A DNA stretch of 32,000 bases, taken from the NCBI GenBank assembly GCA_000830275.1, contig CP010424.1:240001-272000 (forward strand), read 5' to 3'. A program made the translations under genes and the position numbers. Under the pieces are notes generated by a model that did not search any database, had not been told where the DNA came from, and worked only from the letters and a program-made list of their open reading frames with translations. Shown here piece by piece: positions 20,687-28,198 of this stretch (position 1 is its first letter; every line of letters begins with the position of its first letter). This DNA comes from an archaeon GW2011_AR10 (GTDB taxonomy: Archaea > Iainarchaeota > Iainarchaeia > Iainarchaeales > GW2011-AR10).

Positions 20687-23084
20687 TCAAAGTTTTTTTC
20701 CAGCTATCCTTGAGTTTAACGAGTTTTTCCTGCAGCATTGGTTTCCCTTCAAGCCCTTTAACCACGAGCTCGCTGCTTGAAGTGACTTCCCCAATTTTTG
20801 ATACTGGGTGCTCTTTCATTATTTTTTCGAACTCCTTTTCCTTTGGCTTTGCAACCTCCACAATAAGCCTTGAGTTGCTCTCCGAGAAAAGGATGAAGTC
20901 GTTCCTGTACATTTTTTCCCCAAGCAGAACCCTGCTTAACTCAATTTCTGCTCCAAGCATTCCGCCGAAAGCCATTTCTGCTGCTGCAACTCCCAGGCCG
21001 CCTTCACTGCAGTCATGGCAGCTTCTCACAATTCTCTGCGAATTTTTGGAGCCAACGCTCATTGCCGCGAAAAGCGCCTCATACATTCTTTTTGCATTTA
21101 CCGCGTTTACTTTTGGCACATCGTTTCCAATCTGGCCGTGCAGTTTAGCGTAATGGCTTCCGCCAAGCTCATTGAATGTAGTGCCAAGAAGGTAAATTGG
21201 GTTGCCTTCCTCCTTGAAATCCATTGAAACCCTTTTCCTTACATCCTCCATTACTCCCAGCGCTGAAACAAGAAGCGTTCCAGGCACAGAGATGTGCTTG
21301 CTGCCTGCATTGAACTCGTTGTAAAGAGAGTCCTTTCCTGAAACGAATGGTGCCTCGAATTTTGTGGAGGCATCATAGCAGGCTTTGCATGCCCTTACAA
21401 TTTCAGCGAGCTTTATCTGCTTGTCAGGGTTGCCCCAAGAAAAATTGTCGAGCAGTGCAATTCTTGCTGGATCTGCACCAACAGCAATGCAGTTCCTTAT
21501 TGCTTCATCTATTGCTGAGGCTGCCATCCAGTAAGGGTCAATGTCACTGTACAACGGATTAATTCCGTTCGAAATTGCAATGCCATTCCAGGAATCAAAA
21601 AACGGCCTTATGACAGCAGCATCTCCTGGAGAGTCTTCCTCTGCTCCAACCATTGGTTTTAGGATTGCCCCTCCCTGCACCTCATGGTCGTACTGCCTTA
21701 TGGTTGTTTCCTTGCTTGCAATGTTCGGCATTGCAAGAAGTTGGTGCAGAACTTTTCCAAGGCCGCGAGGATACTCTATTGCTAGTTCGCCGTAATCAGG
21801 CTTAACCCATTTAGCCTTTCTTTTTTGTTTCGGCAAGCCATAGTGTAGAAACTCCATTCCAAGCTCTAAAACAGTGTTGCCGTTAAACAAAACTTTGAGC
21901 TTTTTATCCCCAGTAAACTCTCCGATGACAGTTGCCTCCACTTCTTCAAGCTCGCACATTTCCCGCAGCTCATTCCACTTGTTTTTTGGAACAGCTAGCA
22001 CCATCCTCTCCTGGCTTTCACTCAGCCATATTTCCCAAGGGCTTAAACCCTTGTACTTCAGCGGAGCTTTTTCAAGGAAAACAATTGCTCCAATGCTCTT
22101 AGCCATTTCTCCAACAGCAGAAGAGAAGCCTCCTGCACCGCAGTCAGTAATGCAGTTGTAAAGCTTTCTGTCCCGCGCTTGGAGAATAACGTCAAGCATT
22201 TTTTTTTCTTCAATTGCGTTGCCTATCTGGACCGCGCTGGCAGGGCTTGTCTCTTCAAGGCCAACTGAAGAAAAAGTTGCCCCATGCAATCCATCCCTTC
22301 CTGTTCTGCCACCGATAACCACAATGAGTTCTCCGGGAGAAACTTTTTTTTCATGCATTCCCTTTGGCAGCACTCCAACCGTGCCGCAGAAAACAAGCGG
22401 GTTTCCTAGGTAGCGCTTGTCGAAAAGTATTGCTCCGTTTACTGTCGGGATGCCCATCCTGTTTCCATAATCCCTTACTCCTGCCCTAACTCCCTTGAAA
22501 ACCCTTTTCGGGTGCAGCACCCCAGCAGGAACGCTGCCTTTTTCAGTCCAGGGCTCGGCAAAACAAAATACATCAGTGTTTGCAACAGGCTTTGCTCCCA
22601 AGCCTGCTCCAAGCACATCCCTTATGACTCCTCCAATGCCTGTTGATGCCCCTCCATAAGGCTCCAACGCGCTCGGATGGTTGTGGGTTTCAACCTTTAC
22701 TGCAACGTCAAACTTTTCGTTGAAAGAAATTATTCCGGCGTTGTCACTGAAAACAGAGACAAGAAAACTGCTTTTCTTTTTCTTTATCGTGTCAGTTGCT
22801 TTTGCAATGAAGCTCCCGAAAAGCCCATCAATTTTTTCAAATCCGTTTTCGTCCTCGTATTCAATTGTGCAGTTGAACACTTTGTGCTTGCAGTGCTCGC
22901 TCCAAGTCTGGGCCAAAGTTTCAAGCTCTATGTCAGTAGGGTTCCTTCCCTGTTTTTCAAAGTGGTCCTGTGCTGCCTTCATTTCAGCCAAGTCAAGTGA
23001 AAGCAGGCGCTGCCCGCTTAACTCAACCAACTGTTTCTCGTTCAATCCAAGCACTTTTATCTCGGCCGCATTCGTTTCCTTCAT
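20679..23084 (-). CDS. purL: Phosphoribosylformylglycinamidine synthase, synthetase subunit (small PurL type)
   Basis: 801 aa with TWSEHCKHK, VETHNHPSALEPYGGASTGIGGVIRD, SESQERM and DCSEGGL. The ATG overlaps the purS stop (ATGA at 23081-23084). Confidence 0.97.
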   Translation of the reverse strand: MKETNAAEIKVLGLNEKQLVELSGQRLLSLDLAEMKAAQDHFEKQGRNPTDIELETLAQTWSEHCKHKVFNCTIEYEDENGFEKIDGLFGSFIAKATDTIKKKKSSFLVSVFSDNAGIISFNEKFDVAVKVETHNHPSALEPYGGASTGIGGVIRDVLGAGLGAKPVANTDVFCFAEPWTEKGSVPAGVLHPKRVFKGVRAGVRDYGNRMGIPTVNGAILFDKRYLGNPLVFCGTVGVLPKGMHEKKVSPGELIVVIGGRTGRDGLHGATFSSVGLEETSPASAVQIGNAIEEKKMLDVILQARDRKLYNCITDCGAGGFSSAVGEMAKSIGAIVFLEKAPLKYKGLSPWEIWLSESQERMVLAVPKNKWNELREMCELEEVEATVIGEFTGDKKLKVLFNGNTVLELGMEFLHYGLPKQKRKAKWVKPDYGELAIEYPRGLGKVLHQLLAMPNIASKETTIRQYDHEVQGGAILKPMVGAEEDSPGDAAVIRPFFDSWNGIAISNGINPLYSDIDPYWMAASAIDEAIRNCIAVGADPARIALLDNFSWGNPDKQIKLAEIVRACKACYDASTKFEAPFVSGKDSLYNEFNAGSKHISVPGTLLVSALGVMEDVRKRVSMDFKEEGNPIYLLGTTFNELGGSHYAKLHGQIGNDVPKVNAVNAKRMYEALFAAMSVGSKNSQRIVRSCHDCSEGGLGVAAAEMAFGGMLGAEIELSRVLLGEKMYRNDFILFSESNSRLIVEVAKPKEKEFEKIMKEHPVSKIGEVTSSSELVVKGLEGKPMLQEKLVKLKDSWKKTLKW

Positions 23085-23560
23085 TTTTTTCCTTTCCTGT
23101 AAGAGAATTCCTCTATGAGTTCGTTTGCAAGCAGTCCTGTGCAGATTCTTTTCACTTCTTCCTCTTGAATATTTCCGCGCAGCAGGTATTTTCTCCCGCT
23201 TCTGATTGTTTCCTCTTCCAACAGCTTCCTGTCGAGAAGGTCCTCGATTGCCTGCCTTGCAGTTGCCCCAACGTTGTCTGTTACCTCTTTTTTCAGCTTC
23301 ACTTCAATTTCCCAGTCAAAAGCAGCTGAAAGCTCTTTGTTTAAGGAGTACTCTTGGATTATTGGGTCAACAAGCAGTTTTTCAGCTATTTCCTTTGCTT
23401 TTTCCTCTTGCAGCTCGGCATTCAATTCAAAGAACTCAATGAAGGAAACTGTTTCAATTCCTTTTATTTCCAAGTCATCCTCTATGTCTGCTTTGACTGA
23501 CGCACCAATGGGGTCGTTTTTCTGTTCCTTAAAGCCGACTTCAACGCGGTGATGCTCCAT
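23081..23560 (-). CDS. purS: PurS, tandem-duplicated (two PurS-like modules in one polypeptide)
   Basis: 159 aa, about twice the usual ~80-aa PurS. Module 1 is RVEVGFKEQKNDPIGASVKADIE..LEIKGIETVSFIEFFEL....EKAKEIAEKLLVDPIIQEYSL. Module 2 is WEIEVKLKKEVTDNVGATARQAIEDLL......IRSGRKYLLRG.IQEEEVKRICTGLLANELIEEFSY. It lies directly upstream of, and overlapping, purL. Confidence 0.85.
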   Translation of the reverse strand: MEHHRVEVGFKEQKNDPIGASVKADIEDDLEIKGIETVSFIEFFELNAELQEEKAKEIAEKLLVDPIIQEYSLNKELSAAFDWEIEVKLKKEVTDNVGATARQAIEDLLDRKLLEEETIRSGRKYLLRGNIQEEEVKRICTGLLANELIEEFSYRKGKK

Positions 23561-23581
23561 AAAAAAATTTGGAAAACAACA

Positions 23582-23592
23582 ATATTTAAATA
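23582..23592. promoter_or_regulatory. Single palindromic TATA element shared by the divergent purS-purL-purQ and purF-purD operons
   Basis: ATATTTAAATA (core TTTAAA is a palindrome) is the only TATA-like element in the 63-bp spacer. It is centred 27 nt from the purS ATG (23560) and 37 nt from the purF ATG (23624). Confidence 0.4.
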
Positions 23593-23623
23593 GTCACCTC
23601 CTTTATTCTATTAGGAATCCCCC

Positions 23624-25207
23624 ATGTCAGGTGAAGAGGCAAGGCATGAGTGCGGCCTGGCAGCAATCCATTTGTCCAAGCCATTGAAGAACTACCCTTT
23701 CGGTGGCGCGGCATACTACTTGTACAGGATGCTTTTACAGCAGCAAAACAGGGGCCAGCTTTCAGCGGGCATCACAACTTTCAACCCAAAACGAGAGCAG
23801 GTAATTGACACTTACCGAAAACTTGGATTAGTCAACGAGGCTTTTCGCTCTCATCATACGGCAAAAAGCCGCGCGGTAATGGGGCACTATGCCGGTTTGA
23901 AGGGCATAGGGCAGGTGCGTTACGCAACATGCGGCTTGGATGATGTGAGCTACGCGCAGCCGTTTGAAAGGCACCATGGGAGGAGATGGAAGTGGTTTGC
24001 CTTTGCATTCAACGGCAACATTGCAAACTTTTCTGAACTGAAAAAAGAAATGGAGAAAAAGCAGTACCAGCTGGTTAGGAACCTTGACACGGAGCTGATA
24101 CTCCACCACATTGAGCACCAGTTCAGGGGCGACAGGAAACCTGAACTGCCAACAGTGTTCGGCAACCTTGCAAACATTTTTGACGGCGCATACAACATCG
24201 TTTTTCTTAACGCGGAGGGAACGCTTGCGGCAATGCGTGACCCGCTTGCGTTCAGGCCATTAAGCTATGCAATAGACGATGACAAGGTTGCTGTTGCATC
24301 AGAGAGCTGTGCTTTAACCAACCTCGGCATGAACAATGTCCAGTCATTTAAGCCGGGAGAAATGCTCACAGTTGAAAACGGTTCCGCAAAAGTTGAAAAG
24401 TTCGCTAACTCTTCCAGAAAAGCGCGCTGCATGTTTGAATGGGTTTACTTTGCAAACGCTGCATCTCTTATTGACGGCAAAAGCGTTTACCAGGTGCGCT
24501 GGCGGCTTGGCGAACAACTAGCCAAAACTGAAACACTGAAGGTTAACGACAAGGACTGGATTGTTGTCAGCGTGCCTGATACAGCTAAGCCGGCTGCAGA
24601 TGCTTATGCCCATACTTTGGGCCTGCCATCAATGGAAGGTCTCTTGAGGAACAGGTACGTTGGCAGAACATTCATTGAAGGGCAGGGCAGAGAGGAAAGG
24701 GTGCGGGAAAAATACAACCTAAACAAGGCAGTGCTGCATGACAAGAAAGTGATTTTAATTGAGGACTCGATTGTGAGGGGCTTAACCTCAAAGCCTTTGG
24801 TGAAATACATAAGGGATTCCGGCAAAGCAAAAGAGGTTCACGTGCGCGTTTCATGCCCGCCAATAAGGGCGCCGTGCTTTTACGGCATTGACATGAGCAC
24901 TTTGCAGGAAATGATTGCGGTAAGGCACATGAGCAAAAAGCAGATTGAAGATGTTGGCTTTCAGGATGTTGATGAAAGCGTAATTGAAGGGATAAGGAAA
25001 GATATTGGTGCTGATTCCCTGCGCTACCAGTCAATTGACGGTTTGGTTAAGGGCATAAACTACGAGTCAGGCGCCGAAAGCCTGTGCATGGCCTGCTTAA
25101 CAGGAAAGTATCCAACACCTTTCGGTGAAAAGCTTTACCAAGTTGCAAAGCAAAACCAAGAGAAAGGCATTAAGGGACGCACTTACGAGATGTCAGTGAA
25201 AAGCTGA
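23624..25207 (+). CDS. purF: Amidophosphoribosyltransferase (Ntn type with short propeptide, Fe-S type Cys pattern)
   Basis: 527 aa. MSGEEARHE precedes the nucleophile Cys (CGLAAI). The PRPP motif is VILIEDSIVRGLTS. Cys-containing blocks are CMFEWVYFA, SCPPIRAPCFYGIDM and CMACLTGKYP. Confidence 0.95.
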   Translation: MSGEEARHECGLAAIHLSKPLKNYPFGGAAYYLYRMLLQQQNRGQLSAGITTFNPKREQVIDTYRKLGLVNEAFRSHHTAKSRAVMGHYAGLKGIGQVRYATCGLDDVSYAQPFERHHGRRWKWFAFAFNGNIANFSELKKEMEKKQYQLVRNLDTELILHHIEHQFRGDRKPELPTVFGNLANIFDGAYNIVFLNAEGTLAAMRDPLAFRPLSYAIDDDKVAVASESCALTNLGMNNVQSFKPGEMLTVENGSAKVEKFANSSRKARCMFEWVYFANAASLIDGKSVYQVRWRLGEQLAKTETLKVNDKDWIVVSVPDTAKPAADAYAHTLGLPSMEGLLRNRYVGRTFIEGQGREERVREKYNLNKAVLHDKKVILIEDSIVRGLTSKPLVKYIRDSGKAKEVHVRVSCPPIRAPCFYGIDMSTLQEMIAVRHMSKKQIEDVGFQDVDESVIEGIRKDIGADSLRYQSIDGLVKGINYESGAESLCMACLTGKYPTPFGEKLYQVAKQNQEKGIKGRTYEMSVKS

Positions 25208-25321
25208 TAGCATTTATTATCTTCTATATTATATGGCGGGCAATTATGAGGTCATTGCTCGAAAAAGTGCCTTCGGCGATACTTTTAATTGCATTTTCTT
25301 TGTTTCTTTCAATGGGGTTCA

Positions 25322-26605
25322 ATGAAGGTTCTTGTTGTTGGTTCCGGCGGCAGAGAGCACGCGCTTGTCTGGTGCATTGCAAAAAGCAATAAAGTAAAGA
25401 AAATATATTGCGCTCCGGGCAATGGCGGCACTGCTTCCCTTGCGGAAAACATTCCAATTGAAGCAGATGACATTAGTTCTTTGGCTGATTTTGCTGGAAA
25501 GGAAAAGATTGATTTGACTGTTGTGGGGCCTGAGGCACCGCTCGTTGCAGGAATAGCTGATGAATTCCTGACGCGCGGGCTGAATGTTTTCGGGCCTTCA
25601 GCAAATGCTGCAATGATTGAGGGCAGCAAGGCTTTTGCAAAGGAAGTAATGAAATCAGCCGGAATTCCAACCGCTTTCTTCAATTTAATAACAAACATTG
25701 ACGAGCTGCAGGAACTCGTGCAGCGAAAGAATTTGCAGAAAGCAGCCGTGAAAGCGGATGGCCTTGCTGCAGGAAAAGGGGTTTTCATCTGCAATTCGCA
25801 GCAGGAAATAATGGCTGCCGGAAACAAAATACTCCAAGAAGGAATTTTTGGCGGGGCAGGAAAAAGAGTTGTGGTCGAGGAGCTTTTGGAGGGAGAGGAA
25901 GCAAGCATTCTTGCCTTTTGCGATGGCTCAACCGTAAAATTGATGGTTTCAAGCCAGGACCACAAGCGCGCGTTGGACAATGACAAAGGCCCTAATACCG
26001 GTGGCATGGGTGCCTATTCCCCTGCGCCAGTCATAGCAAAGGAATTGGAAAAAAGAATTGAGAGGGACGTAATGCTTCCTGCAATTAAGGAATTGAAGAA
26101 GCGTGGCGCGCCTTATGTTGGGGTTCTTTATGCGGGTTTAATGGTTTCAAACAATCAAATTAAAGTTTTGGAGTTCAACGCAAGATTCGGTGACCCAGAA
26201 GCGCAGGCTGTTTTACCCAGGCTTAAAACTGATTTGGTTGAAATAATGCTTTCGTGCATTAACGGAAAACTGCAAAAACAGAAAATTGAGTGGAGTGAAA
26301 ATGCCGCGTGCTGTGTTGTGATGGCTTCAGGCGGCTATCCCGGCAACTACGAGAAAGGAAAAGAAATTTTTGGCTTGGATAAATCCGCAAAATTGCATGA
26401 TACAATTGTTTTCCATGCTGGGACAAAAAAAATTGGGGATAAAATTTTTTCAAATGGCGGGAGAGTGCTCGGTGTAACCGCGTTAGGGAAAACAATAAAT
26501 GAATCAATTGAGAAAGCCTATAAAGCAGTTTCAAAGATTTCTTTTGAGAAAATGCACTTCCGCCGGGATATTGGCGGAAGAGCATTGGAAGTGAAACTGC
26601 AATGA
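25322..26605 (+). CDS. purD: Phosphoribosylamine-glycine ligase
   Basis: MKVLVVGSGGREHAL, APGNGG, VKADGLAAGKGV, GPNTGGMGAYSP, EFNARFGDPE and GGRVLGVTA. I chose ATG 25322, 11 codons inside the ORF-track start. Confidence 0.95.
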   Translation: MKVLVVGSGGREHALVWCIAKSNKVKKIYCAPGNGGTASLAENIPIEADDISSLADFAGKEKIDLTVVGPEAPLVAGIADEFLTRGLNVFGPSANAAMIEGSKAFAKEVMKSAGIPTAFFNLITNIDELQELVQRKNLQKAAVKADGLAAGKGVFICNSQQEIMAAGNKILQEGIFGGAGKRVVVEELLEGEEASILAFCDGSTVKLMVSSQDHKRALDNDKGPNTGGMGAYSPAPVIAKELEKRIERDVMLPAIKELKKRGAPYVGVLYAGLMVSNNQIKVLEFNARFGDPEAQAVLPRLKTDLVEIMLSCINGKLQKQKIEWSENAACCVVMASGGYPGNYEKGKEIFGLDKSAKLHDTIVFHAGTKKIGDKIFSNGGRVLGVTALGKTINESIEKAYKAVSKISFEKMHFRRDIGGRALEVKLQ

Positions 26606-27165
26606 ACAAGGATGGTTTGCGCAAAGTGATGATTGGAAAAAGGAACTTTTTGACAAAGCAGGAAATATTTGATAAAAGCAAGCTTGTTCAACAAAACCTT
26701 TTTTCGTTGCCCGAATTCCAGCAGGCAAAAAATGTTTTGAGTTACGTTAGCTTTGGCACAGAAGTAAGAACCCAGGACATAATTGAGCATTGCTTGATTG
26801 AAGGCAAAAAGGTTGTTGTGCTTTTCACTGATATCCAGAAGCACAAACTGCTCCTGTTCAAGTTTGAGTCCTTCGAGCTTCTTGCACCTAGCGATTTTGG
26901 GATTCCTGAGCCTAATCCTAAAATTGCAAAGCCAGCAAAAGCAAAAGACCTGGATTTGATTATTGCTCCCGGCCTTGCTTTTGACGAGCACAAGCACAGG
27001 GTCGGGTACGGCAAAGGATACTTTGATTCCTTTTTGTCGGACCTTAAAAACAAATCTCCTGTGGTTGCCTTGGCCTATGATTTTCAGGTTGTGGATTCAG
27101 TGCCAGTGGAAGAAAACGATGTGAAAGTTGACAAAATCGTTACAGACAAACGCATTATAGAATAA
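26602..27165 (+). CDS. 5-formyltetrahydrofolate cyclo-ligase
   Basis: 187 aa with SYVSFGTEV, PGLAFDEHKHRVGYGKGYFD and NDVKVDKIVT typical of the MTHFS family. The ATG overlaps the purD stop (ATGA at 26602-26605). Confidence 0.88.
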   Translation: MNKDGLRKVMIGKRNFLTKQEIFDKSKLVQQNLFSLPEFQQAKNVLSYVSFGTEVRTQDIIEHCLIEGKKVVVLFTDIQKHKLLLFKFESFELLAPSDFGIPEPNPKIAKPAKAKDLDLIIAPGLAFDEHKHRVGYGKGYFDSFLSDLKNKSPVVALAYDFQVVDSVPVEENDVKVDKIVTDKRIIE

Positions 27166-27191
27166 TAGATAATTCAGAAGTGTTCAGAAAC

Positions 27192-27202
27192 ATTTAAATT
27201 TT
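27192..27202 (+). promoter_or_regulatory. Candidate TATA box for the small lipoprotein gene (leaderless)
   Basis: ATTTAAATTTT is centred about 26 nt upstream of ATG 27223. Confidence 0.4.
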
Positions 27203-27222
27203 GCAGAGAGCATTATTTGTTT

Positions 27223-27552
27223 ATGAATTTAAAATTTTTGTTGGCATTAATTGTTTTGCTGTTTTTCATTGCTGGATGCACTTCCAATGTTTCAGAGGTT
27301 CAGCTTACCGTAAAAGTAATTAATGCTTTTAGCAATCCAGTGGAGGATGCGCGTGTTTCCTTGGTGCCAGACAACTCAAATTTTGCTTCAAGGGTGCAGA
27401 ACACTGATGAGCAAGGCATAACAGTTTTCACTGTTGAAACAGGAAAAGTGCAGATAAGCGTTTCAAAGGACGGTTATAGCACCACTGTTGTGGATGAAAT
27501 GCTTGAAGATTCAAAAACAAGGGAAATAGTGCTCGAACAACTTAGAAGGTAA
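27223..27552 (+). CDS. Putative lipoprotein with a carboxypeptidase-regulatory-like (CarboxypepD_reg) beta-sandwich domain
   Basis: MNLKFLLALIVLLFFIAGC has a lipobox-like IAGC. It is followed by VKVINAFSNPVEDARVSLVP.....VQNTDEQGITVFTVETGKVQISVSKDGY, which fits the CarboxypepD_reg pattern. I preferred ATG 27223 to the TTG at 27217. Confidence 0.7.
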   Translation: MNLKFLLALIVLLFFIAGCTSNVSEVQLTVKVINAFSNPVEDARVSLVPDNSNFASRVQNTDEQGITVFTVETGKVQISVSKDGYSTTVVDEMLEDSKTREIVLEQLRR

Positions 27553-27564
27553 AAGGGCGGTAAA

Positions 27565-28197
27565 TTGTTCTTCAACAGAATAAGAAGCCTTTTTGACATA
27601 ATTTCTTTTTACAAGTCCGTTCCTGAACTGATAACTGAAACCAAAAGCGTTGCTTCTGCTGCAGTTGATTTTATTGCAGTGGCACTGCTTTACTTTGTTT
27701 CCTCGGTTTTTCTGAAAATTGTTTTTTTTATTTCCTCGCCTGAAAAGCTGCCGGAAGTGCTGCTTTTGATGGTTTTGTTTTTCGGCTTTGTTTTGGCTGA
27801 AGTATTGGCCCTGCTTGCAGCAGCACTCCTTGTTTTTGCTTTTTCAAGGCTTTTTAGAGCAAAAGGCTCTTTGCAGCAGTTGCTAGCAGTTCAGTTGAGA
27901 GTGCTTTCAGCAATCAACCTCTTTGTTTTAGTTGTATTCATTCCATTCGCTGACTTCGCAAAAATAATTTTTTTGTTTTTGGCAGTGATTTTTCTTCCTT
28001 TTTTTTCGCTGAGGGTGCTTGATGGCCTGTTTAGCCTGACAGCCATAAAGAGTGTTGTTTTGATGCTGTTTTACTTGGTGGTTTTCCTCTCAGTTATTTT
28101 TGCTTTGATGACTGCTTTTTCCTCTGTTTTTGATTCATCTCTTGCAGGGGTTTTTGGGCAGAACTTTTCACAGCTGTTCTCCGGCACATTCTTCTGA
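27565..28197 (+). CDS. Polytopic membrane protein (about 5 TM), family not recognised
   Basis: 210 aa with a TTG start 12 nt after the lipoprotein stop. It is very hydrophobic, with F/L/V-rich helices. There is a weak resemblance to Yip1-type membrane proteins, which I cannot substantiate. Confidence 0.55.
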   Translation: MFFNRIRSLFDIISFYKSVPELITETKSVASAAVDFIAVALLYFVSSVFLKIVFFISSPEKLPEVLLLMVLFFGFVLAEVLALLAAALLVFAFSRLFRAKGSLQQLLAVQLRVLSAINLFVLVVFIPFADFAKIIFLFLAVIFLPFFSLRVLDGLFSLTAIKSVVLMLFYLVVFLSVIFALMTAFSSVFDSSLAGVFGQNFSQLFSGTFF

Positions 28198-28198
28198 T

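Noticed and set aside
20437-21153. 238-aa plus-strand ORF, and the similar long antisense ORFs at 25309-26007, 10586-11032, 12522-12944 and 29352-29813
   Set aside because: Each overlaps a confidently identified gene on the other strand (purL/purQ, purD, tldD, the cohesin protein, the ABC-2 permease). Each has a low-complexity, motif-free sequence.
25208-25321. Purine/ZTP-type riboswitch upstream of purD
   Set aside because: I could not recognise any conserved riboswitch core motif. Only one short bulged hairpin is present. Such riboswitches are essentially bacterial, whereas this window looks archaeal.
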